DNA of 64,000 nucleotides, from contig OZ361257.1 in NCBI GenBank assembly GCA_977018835.1, positions 3,968,001 to 4,032,000 of the forward strand. The letters run 5' to 3'. Source of the stretch: Minutocellus sp. GHC0000111. Taxonomy: Eukaryota. Below are positions 21,275-31,876 of the stretch, piece after piece (within the stretch, counting starts at the first letter, position 1; the number at the start of each line of letters is the position of its first letter). The notes beneath the pieces were generated by a model, which saw nothing but the letters and a program-made list of their open reading frames with translations, ran no database searches and was not told the DNA's origin. The position numbers and the translations under genes are program-made.

Positions 21275-22975
21275 ATGGTGTCGCCTCTCATGGGATTGAA
21301 ATCCCGCTTGTTGGATTCTTCCGGTGTCCTCGGTTTGTTTGTCTTGTCTCTGCTCACAATTGGCGGCGAGGCGTTTGCACCAGCATCAACGTGCAGCAGC
21401 CTCCGTTCGTCCTCCAGCCCCAACAGCAACACATGCTCAACGGCAAACCACAATAGCTTTTTGCATAGCTTGCCACTTATCAATCAAAAGGCGCAGTGCA
21501 ATGAGAATATTCCTCCACATCGCAAAAAAATTGGCTGTGTATTATGTCGATATGCAACAGCAACGACCGACGGGGAAGAGGTAGTGCACGCCATCTCACG
21601 AGCGTTTCTCGCTGAGCAGAAGGCGTCGGGGAGGGTGATGACCAAGCGAGACCAGAATTGGTGGGCGCGATTTGGAGAGCTCGAGGAATATCGAAAGGAG
21701 CTTGGCGATTGCAATGTTCCGTATAAGTACAAGGCAGATCCAAAGCTTGGCAAGTGGGTAAACAATCAGCGACAAAACTACAAGAAAAACAATTTGACCT
21801 CCGAGCGAATTGAGGCTCTTGAGAGTATAGGATTCGAATGGGCGAGGCCTTCTTGGAATCGAGACGATGATAGATGGTGGAAGCGTTTTGGTGAGCTCGA
21901 GGAATATAAGAAACTGCACGGTGATTGGAACGTGCCCATCTCCTACGAAGTTAATCCACAGCTTAGCAAGTGGGTGATGAATCAGCGGGCAAATTACCAC
22001 AGATTTTTTGATGAAAATTGCAAACAAAGTCCCGTGATCACGGAAGAACGAATCAAAGCTTTAAACGAAATTGGGTTTGAGTGGAGACTGCGCAATCGGC
22101 CTGAGTGGGATGAACGCTTCGATGAATTGGTCGCCTACAAAGAGCAGCACGGGGATACTCTTGTTCCGATAGATTTGCGCAGGGACAGCAACAGCAAATA
22201 CTATGACCTTGCACAATGGGTACACACGCAGCGCACCCAATATCGTTTTCTCCAAGAAGGAAAGCACTCTCATCTGACAGAAGAACGGATACAAAATCTC
22301 AACCAGATTGGTTTTGTGTGGGATGCCCAAGAAGCTGCCTGGGATGAACGATACGATGAACTGGTTTCCTACAAGAAAATACACGGTGACACTCTTGTCT
22401 GTCAAGGCTCGCAACTTGGCAATTGGGTTGATAACCAGCGCAAAGAATACCAGCTTTTGCAAAGAGGAAAGCACTCTAATCTGACAAACAAGCGAATCGG
22501 AAAACTCAACCGGATTGGTTTTGTCTGGAGCGTGCTCGAAGATGCCTGGGAAGAAAAGTTTGCCGAGCTTGTTGAGTTCAAGGCAGCTCATGGCCACACA
22601 GATGTTCCGAAATCTTGGGAGAATCAGCAACTTTTTTGGTGGGTCTCAGTACAGCGTCGAGAATATAGAAAGTTGAAGGAAGGAAAGATTACAGGGATTA
22701 CCGAGGAAAGAATACAAAGACTCGAGGACCTTGGATTTGAATGGAGATCAAAGAACACATACCGATGGAAGATTCGGTTTGGCGAGCTACGTGACTTCTA
22801 TGGCGAGAAAGGCGTCACTCCCGTCCCTCGAGCGGAACACCCAACTCTTTACAATTGGGCCACCAAACAAAAGAAGGAGTACGACAAGTTTGTCAGAGGG
22901 GAGAAAACGAACATGGACGAGGAGAGAATAAATGATCTCGAGAGGATCGGCTTCTTCGATATCTACGTGAAGTGA
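21275..22975 (+). CDS. HA domain repeat protein, 6 repeats, predicted plastid-targeted; paralogue of 15647-17104
   Basis: Signal peptide ends in GEA-FAP. Long near-identical stretches with the paralogue (GEEVVHAIS, VPISYEVNPQLS, KFVRGEKTNMDEERI). Confidence 0.9.
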   Translation: MVSPLMGLKSRLLDSSGVLGLFVLSLLTIGGEAFAPASTCSSLRSSSSPNSNTCSTANHNSFLHSLPLINQKAQCNENIPPHRKKIGCVLCRYATATTDGEEVVHAISRAFLAEQKASGRVMTKRDQNWWARFGELEEYRKELGDCNVPYKYKADPKLGKWVNNQRQNYKKNNLTSERIEALESIGFEWARPSWNRDDDRWWKRFGELEEYKKLHGDWNVPISYEVNPQLSKWVMNQRANYHRFFDENCKQSPVITEERIKALNEIGFEWRLRNRPEWDERFDELVAYKEQHGDTLVPIDLRRDSNSKYYDLAQWVHTQRTQYRFLQEGKHSHLTEERIQNLNQIGFVWDAQEAAWDERYDELVSYKKIHGDTLVCQGSQLGNWVDNQRKEYQLLQRGKHSNLTNKRIGKLNRIGFVWSVLEDAWEEKFAELVEFKAAHGHTDVPKSWENQQLFWWVSVQRREYRKLKEGKITGITEERIQRLEDLGFEWRSKNTYRWKIRFGELRDFYGEKGVTPVPRAEHPTLYNWATKQKKEYDKFVRGEKTNMDEERINDLERIGFFDIYVK

Positions 22976-23203
22976 AAATGATGGAGAATGACATGAGAAA
23001 ATCAGACCATCAATAGAACGCACCATGCATAATTGTACGTGTATGCAAACTACGTAGTAAAACTTGAATAATTCCCATTGCCAACTTCGTAAAGAATCAA
23101 TTGAAGAATATCTATGAAAAACGGTTCTCTAAACATTACTAATACATGCGACTTTGGATGAGTGTTATCAATCAATATCCAATCCAATCAATCCGACCCC
23201 CAA

Positions 23204-24526
23204 TCAGTAGGTCGTCGGCAAGTTACGCCGATCGTAGCTGACACTTCCCCCACCCGACCGGCCGGGCGAGCCCTTGGCCCCCCACGTCGGTGCGAACAGT
23301 CCAAATCCCGAACGCCTTCGGGCCGAATCGCTGTGCCGCATGGCATCGGCCAACAATTTCTGTGCCGCCTTGCCGGTGTCCTCGGCATTCTTCTTGAGGG
23401 CACGTTCCTTCTCCATCTCCTCGAGCCAGGCCGGTTGCTTGTTGACGCTGGCCGAGGAGGTGGTGGGAGTCGTGGCCTCGGTGGATTCGATGGTGTCGAC
23501 CGTATCGGCCGTGCCGACACGTCCGACGAGGTTGAGATCGGACGGCGGTTTCTTGGTCAGCCGATTCCGAAGGATGGACGGAGGAGGGGTTGGCATATTG
23601 CGCGCCGGTGAGGAATGGACCGAGGACGTCGTCGTGTGGTCATCGTTGTGGTGTGGATTGGACGACGTGTTTCGCTTGGTGGGAGTAGAGGAAGATGACG
23701 TTGTGGAGGAGCAGTCTTGGTTACAGTGAGTGTCATTTTCTTCGCCGAAGGTGGTAATGGTGGGATTATCCATGTGGGTATTGGTGGTAGGGCGAAGGGG
23801 AGACGATTCGCTCCGATCCTCAGGAGTTACATCATCACCCTCATGATCATCTTCCTCGTCCTCCTCGTCGGACCGAGGGTTCTCCGTCAGTCCATAGTTC
23901 AGCCTGTACCCGAGGGGAGGGGCCACTCCTCGCATGGCGGCAACTCCCGACGACGACTGCCTCGTCCGTCGTCGGCTGCCCCGCGCTCGGCGCGGCGGCG
24001 TGCTGCTCTCCATCGAACTGCCATCGGACGAGCACGTGCTGTGCGTGTCGGCGTCGGTCTTGGAATCTGCCCCGCCGCAGCAGTCGCTGTTGTTGCTCTC
24101 GTCTGCCTCGTCGGCCACAAACTTGACCTCGACGGCCCCCGCCTCGGCCTCGGCCCGCTCCGATTCCTGCTGCTCGGCAATCAAATCTCGATCGGCACGA
24201 CACGCCACGCCCTTGGTGCCCAGACCGAAGCCATGGGCGCAACTCCGGCCGGTGCGGTTCCGTCCGGCCTGAATCTGGTCGTTGCGTCGCTTGGCGGCCT
24301 CCTGCAACGCCAGCATGTTCTCCTCGCGCTGGAGTTCCATGGCCAATTTGAGGTCGGCGGCCATAATGTCCTTCGGGGAAGTTGGCGGTTCCGGAAGGTT
24401 GGATGAGGCATCGGCGTTATCGGCGGTACCGTCAGTCTTTTCGTCGAAGAAGCGGATGGTGCGGGTCCGTCGTGATTTGCGCGTCGGCGCAAAAAATATC
24501 GAGGACGAGGAGTAGTTGGAGGCCAT
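23204..24526 (-). CDS. Hypothetical low-complexity protein (440 aa)
   Basis: Long ATG-started ORF with AT-rich flanks; no recognisable domain. Confidence 0.65.
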   Translation of the reverse strand: MASNYSSSSIFFAPTRKSRRTRTIRFFDEKTDGTADNADASSNLPEPPTSPKDIMAADLKLAMELQREENMLALQEAAKRRNDQIQAGRNRTGRSCAHGFGLGTKGVACRADRDLIAEQQESERAEAEAGAVEVKFVADEADESNNSDCCGGADSKTDADTHSTCSSDGSSMESSTPPRRARGSRRRTRQSSSGVAAMRGVAPPLGYRLNYGLTENPRSDEEDEEDDHEGDDVTPEDRSESSPLRPTTNTHMDNPTITTFGEENDTHCNQDCSSTTSSSSTPTKRNTSSNPHHNDDHTTTSSVHSSPARNMPTPPPSILRNRLTKKPPSDLNLVGRVGTADTVDTIESTEATTPTTSSASVNKQPAWLEEMEKERALKKNAEDTGKAAQKLLADAMRHSDSARRRSGFGLFAPTWGAKGSPGRSGGGSVSYDRRNLPTTY

Positions 24527-25441
24527 CTTATCTTGGATGTGAAGTAGAAAAGTGGTGGTAATTGTTCTGTCGTGGAAGAGAGACGAGTTTGTCCGACGAT
24601 GGAATAAATGAAAAGTAGGCCTCGTTGCGTTGATGGATTGATGCGGATCAAACGGTGGGATTGTGTATGTGCTTGGTTTTCGCTTGAGCGACCTATCGAC
24701 TGGGATCTATCTGGGGAGAGATGCAGCACTATACCACTTCAAGAGAATGAAGTGTGTGCTCTTGCTTGCGCAACGTGGTGGCTGGGGCGAACTTGGTAAA
24801 TGCCGCAAGTCATGCATGCACCGTCGGACGACGTCGAAATTTTCCAGACAAGTTTGGTGTCGTTTTTTTTCCAAGATCGGAAACGCCGGGCACTAGGCTG
24901 CTTGCTAATTTGTTTGTGTCCCAAAGTTTCCTCCGCCTGTCTGGTGAGTATCTCTTGCCGGGACCAGGTTGCTTCGTCATTTTACTTTCTTCATGACAAA
25001 TATCCTCAAAAACACTATCTGTCCCATAAGTTCAATATTTGCGTCGCACTGGTTTTTTTTCTGCTCGCCAATGCAATCGCAATCTGCATGGCGCGGTGAT
25101 CAAAACCAGAAGCGGCCCAACGCCAAAGCAACGCAAACGCCAAAGCACGGTGAAAGAATAGGAATTCCAAGAGGTGTGTGGTCCATTTCTCTTTTAGGAC
25201 GCTGGAATTGCCGTGCATTTGGCCCGTATCTTTCGATTGATTGGAAGCGACACATCTCGTGCCGTTTTTTTTTTGGAAAAAACCCGAAGCCACAAGACCC
25301 AGCCAGGGCAGCCAGGCAGGAATTCCTCCTTCTGCCGAACAATCCAATCAAAAGGTCGGAATCCAATCCATCGCCAAGCCCCCAAAAATTCCTGAAAGCT
25401 TAGCACAAAGTGAAATTGAATTTCAAGTGAGTCGAAAGGCC

Positions 25442-27931
25442 ATGGCCCCTCCCTCTTCCGGCGAAGAGAATAGTGCGCCGGCGGCGAACCTGCAGGTCCA
25501 TACTGCTGCAGCAGCTTCAGCCTCTTCGGAGCAGCTTCAGGCGCCCCTCGCCAGCCCTGCCGAGGCGACCGAGGTGACCGAAATGTCCACCATGAGAGAG
25601 CTCCGGGTCGCCGGGGCCATCAGCACCGACCAGACCGAAACGACGGCTGATAACAGCTCCGTTTCGTACGGGACGGCTCCTTTGAATCCTCCGGTCGGTG
25701 CCCAGCAGCTGCAGCAGCAATATCAGTACGGCGGCACGCCTACCTCGGCGGCCCTCGGCCCGTCCTCGGCATCCGTCGCTATGTCTGTGCAGCAGCAGCA
25801 GCAGGTACAGCCGCAGCAGTGGACCGTCGAGGAGAACGGGGTCAAGGTGCAGGTGACGTCCCACCAGGCGACCGACGGGACCATGACCCTCACGCTGCCC
25901 AGCGGGGCCGTCGTCACCCTCCAGGCGGCTCCCCAACCTCAGCTTCAATCTTCGGCACAAGCGCAAACGGCAGAAATGCCGATGCCGGTACAACAGCAAC
26001 AGCAAGTGCCGTGTCCCCCGTCGGGTGCTCAGTCGACGGCCGAGCATTCCATGGGCTTCCTCCCCCTGGGCACCTTCCAGGGCAGTCGGGAACCTATCGA
26101 TCACACTACCTCCGCAGCTTCTCAGACGGCTCCTGTTGAGGGGGCAATGTCGACCGGTGTTTGCAGCAGCAGTGAAAATACAGCAAACACGAGCAATGTT
26201 GATATGAGGGTTCCCTTTGTGCCGTCTCTGAATACTACCGGAAGCGGTGGGGGGATGACGACGGCGACGACAGATGTTGCCGATGACAGTGTGCAGTACA
26301 TTGACCCACTGAGCAGCCGGATACAGGTGGGGGGTGGTGATAGCAGCAACCATGAGGAAGGCAAGGTCAGCGCTGAGAGCATCAACAGCAGTAATAACGA
26401 CGACGAGATACCCCCAGCCCTGTCCAACGTCGACAGCGCCGATGCCGCCGCGGGAGATGGATCGCCGCAGAAGAAGACAAAGGCCCAGTCCCAGCAGCAG
26501 CATCGCCGTACGACCTCCTCGACATCAAGAAGTTTGGGCAGCCAAACCATCGACGGGGAGCAGGTGACGGTCGTACGGGCTCACGCGTTGCCCAATTCGT
26601 CGGTCATCATCTCGTCCCGGGAGGGCAGCGTCGTCGAAGAGCAGCACGACGTGGAAGTCTTGCACAAGACCATGTCAGTGAGTTCCGGGAGCCACACCAC
26701 CAATACGAATTCCAACGGATCGAAGAGTTTCGGCAGTGGCAAATTGAGCAGCAGCAGCGATCCCGACCTGGCGGCCGGTGGTGGTGGTACCCCTCCGTCA
26801 GATTCCGAGTTTGCACGAAAAATTGAAAGTGTAGAAGATATGCCAAAAGAAGAAGAGGCAGCAGAAGCACCAGCAGCATCAACAGATGAAGCCTCGGCGG
26901 CGACACCACAGACCAAACCTGCAGCAGCGGCACCATCAAAGACTGAGAAAGAGTATAAGCCACTGTGGCTCAAGGCCAGGGAGGAGGGTCGAGAGGAGGA
27001 GGCGCCGCAGTCTGACCCCAGCAAGGTGTACTTTGTCATGAACAAGCAGTCCAATCGCAAGACGGAGTACTACGTGTCCAGCGGGAAGGATCTGCCGGGT
27101 CTCCCGCACAAAGACTCGGCCGAGACGGACAAGCCTCCGTCGCAGATTGCCATGGAGGAGAATCTTCGCAGGGCGCAGGAGGAGGCGGCCGAGGCTGCCG
27201 CCATACAACAGCAGCAGCTGGAGGAGCTGGCCTACCTGCGAGAGATGCAACGACGTCATGCCGAGCTGGAGGGACAGTACATCTACCACGACGATGATAT
27301 GACTGAGGTGTCGGAATTGACGATGGGTGTGCACGAGATGGGCATCGGCCCGTCCATCGCACATACCAACGTCAATGCCAATACCCCTGCGTCCGGTGCC
27401 GAAGACGATGTTCCCGACGTCATCCAGAGTGCAAGTTATACGCAATCCGTGGACTGGAACAACCTTACCGAAGAGCAGAAGAAGCAAATCAGCTCCGACA
27501 TGGCCTCTCGCAACGGCGGGGCAGTCGGCCTGCCGGACAATGAAAAGTTCGTCGAGACCATGGTCAACATGTTCACTCCCGAGCTTTGTCACAAGGCCGA
27601 ACCGACGAAGAAGCTTGTCCGTGGACTCGGCGCACTGCAACCCTTCCACTCGACAAGATCAATCAACATGTACCAGCACAAACGTAGTGGACGGGGACGA
27701 GGAGGAAGAGGTAGCTACTACCGTCCTGCGGCCGCGGCGGCATCGTCGGCACAACTTCCATCCATCAACGACGTTGAATATCCCTCCTCTCCCAAGTCGA
27801 ATGGCCCTACCTCCTCTGGCGGTAGCACCGGAGATACGAATAGCACTAGCAGCCAACGGAAAATTGCCAAGCCAATAAGTCCACTGAAGAGTCTCAAAAG
27901 TGTAAGGGGACTCCATGGCGGTATAAACTAA
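25442..27931 (+). CDS. Hypothetical Q/S/A-rich disordered protein
   Basis: ORF of about 830 codons from MAPPSSGEEN; no recognisable domain. Confidence 0.7.
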   Translation: MAPPSSGEENSAPAANLQVHTAAAASASSEQLQAPLASPAEATEVTEMSTMRELRVAGAISTDQTETTADNSSVSYGTAPLNPPVGAQQLQQQYQYGGTPTSAALGPSSASVAMSVQQQQQVQPQQWTVEENGVKVQVTSHQATDGTMTLTLPSGAVVTLQAAPQPQLQSSAQAQTAEMPMPVQQQQQVPCPPSGAQSTAEHSMGFLPLGTFQGSREPIDHTTSAASQTAPVEGAMSTGVCSSSENTANTSNVDMRVPFVPSLNTTGSGGGMTTATTDVADDSVQYIDPLSSRIQVGGGDSSNHEEGKVSAESINSSNNDDEIPPALSNVDSADAAAGDGSPQKKTKAQSQQQHRRTTSSTSRSLGSQTIDGEQVTVVRAHALPNSSVIISSREGSVVEEQHDVEVLHKTMSVSSGSHTTNTNSNGSKSFGSGKLSSSSDPDLAAGGGGTPPSDSEFARKIESVEDMPKEEEAAEAPAASTDEASAATPQTKPAAAAPSKTEKEYKPLWLKAREEGREEEAPQSDPSKVYFVMNKQSNRKTEYYVSSGKDLPGLPHKDSAETDKPPSQIAMEENLRRAQEEAAEAAAIQQQQLEELAYLREMQRRHAELEGQYIYHDDDMTEVSELTMGVHEMGIGPSIAHTNVNANTPASGAEDDVPDVIQSASYTQSVDWNNLTEEQKKQISSDMASRNGGAVGLPDNEKFVETMVNMFTPELCHKAEPTKKLVRGLGALQPFHSTRSINMYQHKRSGRGRGGRGSYYRPAAAAASSAQLPSINDVEYPSSPKSNGPTSSGGSTGDTNSTSSQRKIAKPISPLKSLKSVRGLHGGIN

Positions 27932-28134
27932 AATTTGTGATTCTAGCCAGACTATGAATGCTAAATATATACAACTACGTAGTACCGTGGTGCTGCGAAG
28001 GAAATATGTCTATATTAACTTGTCTATTTAAATAATTTATTTTGAATTTGTCTGTTTGTGTTCGAATTGACCTGCCTGGGATTGGGACACGTCGTTGTGG
28101 TGAAATAAAAAAGAAATAAACCCAGGAAGCCTTT

Positions 28135-30788
28135 TTAAAAAACGCTAGTCCTAATCTTCCGGCACGGGTACGGATCGTCACTACGCAACTGGGTTGCTTG
28201 GACAATCCGAGCGCTCAATGCTCTGGAAGATGAAGAAGAAGTTAGTATTCGCATGTTATTTTCAAGCATGCTTGGAGGTGTCCATCCCAATGACAGTTGG
28301 TACGCCCTTTGCCACACCTGAGATTCATCATCGGAGGTTCCATCTTTGCACAATGCATCGGCAAAGGTATCAAGGAAGGCAACGAACTGCTTCGACGCCG
28401 ACTCTATGTCGAAGAAGGACGATACTGCATCATCGGACCTGGCTGGGGTACCCTCCTTCTGCTCCAACTGTCTCTGAGTACGAACATGAGCCGCTGGGAC
28501 CCTCGGCTCGGCATCGGTATCGGTCGCAGTCATAGAGATGGCAGGACGAGGAGACGGACTGGCCGGTACCACCGGAGTCACCGTGCAGACCTTGTCCTCC
28601 TTGCGGTTGCCGGCAATCTTCTTCCCGATTCCCTTGAATCGCTTGCCGAAGGACTCCACGGAATCGGACTTCTTGAGCGTGGAGGAGGAGGGCGCTGTCG
28701 TCAATCCGGGAGACGTCGGTGGTAGGCCCGCCGCGGCACGGATGGACGATGCCACGACGGGACGACGGACCAGCCGCACCACTCGAGGCCGTCGTCTGGA
28801 CCTTGGCGCCGCCCCAAGACAGAGCGGAATTTTCGGCAGTGTGCTGACTCGCGGCATCATCATCCACGTCCCTCGACTTGGCACGGAGCAACGAAACGAA
28901 CGACGTCCGACGGACAACAGTGGGCGCATCGGACAGGTTGGTGGGGGTGCTGTACCTGCTGGCGGGTGCCGTATGGGCACCACCACTGCCACCACTAACT
29001 ACAGCGGGAGGGGCAGACACAATCGACCCATCGCCGGAGGGTACCACCTGGGTGTACTCCACGGTCGCCAGCTCCTCCTTCGTTCCGGTAGACTTGGACT
29101 TTCGGCTCGGAGAGATCTTGCTCGGGGACAGGCTCGTCACTGCCTTCTGCAGTATCTTCTTCGTCTTGGACGCCGACAGCGTCGACGACAGCGAGGCGGT
29201 ACTGCCGGGCGGGTCGGGCTTGCTGCTGTTGGCCTTCTTCCTCAGCGGGGAGGGGGTCTTGAACCGTTCCGCCAGGCTGGGCTTCTTACCCGGCGACGAG
29301 GGCGGGGTCCCGTCGGCATTATGAAGGGCCATGAGCATAACCCCGTCGTCCGTATCCATGGTCATATCCAAGCACGTGTCCATGGTGGTATCGACGTCGT
29401 CCATATCCTGACTAAAGGCAACCCGCAATTCGTTGGACACACGGTACGGACTCTCCATTACCACGTTGCTCCCGCCAGCACCGCTCCTACCAGCCTTGGT
29501 GGGAGTGCCGGGAGCGCTCCGCGCCACGGCCGCCATCTCCCCGGCCTCGGTGGCCAGGACCATGCGCTCGCAGTCGGCCCACCACCGGTGGACGTCGTGG
29601 TACATGCCCGCCCAGTAGTACGCCGAGCGGAGTCGATGGAATACGGAAAAGGCCGTGGTGGTAGTGGCCGCGGCCATGGTCGAGGTGGCGTTGGCCGTCC
29701 CGGTCTGGTGGAGGGCAACGTTGAAGAGCCGCCGGCGGAGGGTTTGCGGGACGATGCGCAGCCGGTTGGTCTTGTTGGATTGGTTGATGGTGGGGGTGAC
29801 AGCGGTTGTGGACGATACCAACCGCGCATCCGACGGGGACTGGGGGACGCTCTCGATGAAGTACAGCATGGAATCCTTTGGCGTCGTACTGGAGCTTGTT
29901 GGTGAGGAGCTCGTCGTGGAGGGACAGGCGGAAGGTGGTTTCGTTATCGGTCGCACTGCTTTCGTCGGTCTTCTCCATGTCGTTCGAACTCTTGAGGTTC
30001 TTGTCCTTGTTGGTCTTGTGATTCTGGTCCTGGTCCTGATGGTCGAGCTGCCACACGTAGGCCTCCTTGGCCCTGTCGTTCTGGACCAATATCTTGACCA
30101 CCTGCAGCTCTCTATCGATCCCGTAGGCCTCGGACCATTCGACCAGGGTGGGCACCTGCGGCGGCGGCGGGGGTGGGGGCGGACCATTGTTTTTCGACGA
30201 AACGTCTCGAGTGCTATTGGGCTTCTTCTTCATGATGGAGGCGCTGGGCGTCCGACGGCGAGGTCGGCTGGGCGTTGAGCGGATGGGCGAATCGGCGACT
30301 GGACCTCGTTCGTTCTTGGCATCCTTGGTCTTCTTGTCCTGATGTCTCTTACTGCCGTGCTTTCGGCGCCGACGGCCGTGCCGGTCGCTCATTTCGCCCC
30401 TCTTGCGCCGGCTGCTGCTGCTGCGACGACTGTCACCGAATGCCTTCTTCTTGGAGGTCGACGATTGTCGCACGGGCGTTCCGACGCCAATCAATTGCAA
30501 AGCCTCGGTGAAGGTGCGCTTCAGATCGTCCAGATCGCCGGAAAGGTCCCCGGATTCGTCGGTGGTGTAGTACGAGGAGCCCGACGAGTACATCTCGTCG
30601 TAGCTGTGATCGTCGGTCAGCTGGCTCTGGCCCTCCTCCCACGTGCCGGCGGAGCTGGACCTGGTTTTGCCGCCGGTTTTAGCCTTGCCTGTGCTGCTTG
30701 GCTGAGGCGACGGTGAAGCGATGGCAACTTTCGTAGGGTTGGTACCGCTACCGGCGCCGCTGCCGTCGAAGGGAACAAACATCGTCAT
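28135..30788 (-). CDS. Low-complexity protein containing a degenerate integrase H2C2-like domain; two apparent frameshifts
   Basis: Three overlapping ORFs join at ~29875 (LQYDAK/DSMLYF) and ~28765 (AGPSS/PVVASS). Contains IVPQTLRRRLF..LH...FHRLRSAYYWAGMYHDVHRWWADC. Probable small intron at ~28223-28317. Confidence 0.6.
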
Positions 30789-31426
30789 GACGGATTGATT
30801 ATTTGTTGCGCGACCTTGAATAAATTGCGAATTGAATTCAACCGAGGGCACGTATGGCACGGGGCGGGGCCAAACCACGTATATCAATATGCAGCACGCA
30901 ATCCGAATGGGAAGCACGCAAGCGGAAAGTGCGACGCATCTTGCTTCGGGATGGCTTTGCCGGGTAGTGAGGGATGGACGGCGAGGCGAAGACCAGAAGA
31001 AAGCGAAGGTGCGGTCCCGGGTTGGATATTTGAATTGAACTTGAAGACTTATGCCGATGATCTACTCTTGCACGATTATTGTAGGAGGAAGGCTCGGATC
31101 TGTTATCAGTATCGAATCAATCGAGCGCAAAGTGATCAGTGCTTTGAAGTTTAATGCCACTGTTTCAACATTCCTTCTTGGGAATTATGTGCTGTTGAAT
31201 TATGTGCGGTTGAGTCGTCGACGTTCTTCCTCCTGCTTTGAACGAACGTCGCCAAATTTGATTTGAATGTGGCCAAATTTTGCTTCTTACCACCAAAATT
31301 ATTCAAACTTGCCCATGATATGTCTCGCAAAGGGCCTGAATCGTCACGATTTTCTGGCCGGCTGTCTTGAAAGGGCCTTAAAATCTCGTTGACCACGGCA
31401 TCTGTAGAAAGAATCTATATGTACAG

Positions 31427-31872
31427 TCAGTTCACGGGCACCGGTACCGGCACGGGTTCAACAACTGCTGCTGCTGCTGCTGTTTGTTGCTGCTCTACAT
31501 TAACATTCTCTCTACCATCAATCACCGCAGATAGAGAATGCGGAACGGCATCTTCAACGATCGTGCCTGTCGTAGGGTCTACGACGATGACAAGCTTGGA
31601 GTCATCGGGTGTCTCTGGCGTTGTAACACTTTGGTGGAGGAATAAAATGAAGATGATGAAAAATTGCATTGGGCGCGAATAATGTGTACTCAGTAAGGAG
31701 ATATGAAAAAGCAGGTGACATTGGCCACGAAGTGAAAAAAAGAGACACGACAATGCAGCAAAACCAACTGCGAGTAAAACCTTCCATCCTTCCACTACTT
31801 ACCTCCAGCTCTCTACCATTGTCATCCACCCCAGGGACGCTCGCCTTGATGAAGGTACAGCATTCCGAACTT
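31427..31872 (-). pseudogene. 3' fragment of a spliced gene (intron 31629-31802)
   Basis: A GTAAGT donor and AAG acceptor give ...LGWMTMVESWS|VTTPETPDDSK...PVPVN*. The frame closes at ~31875 where the opposite-strand gene begins. Confidence 0.4.
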
Positions 31873-31876
31873 GTCA

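Noticed and set aside
29860..29890. Programmed ribosomal frameshift near the integrase-like domain
   Set aside because: No slippery heptamer is evident, and many other genes in the window have similar breaks.
31240..31410. Possible second MITE ending in CTGTA
   Set aside because: No matching inverted terminus was found.
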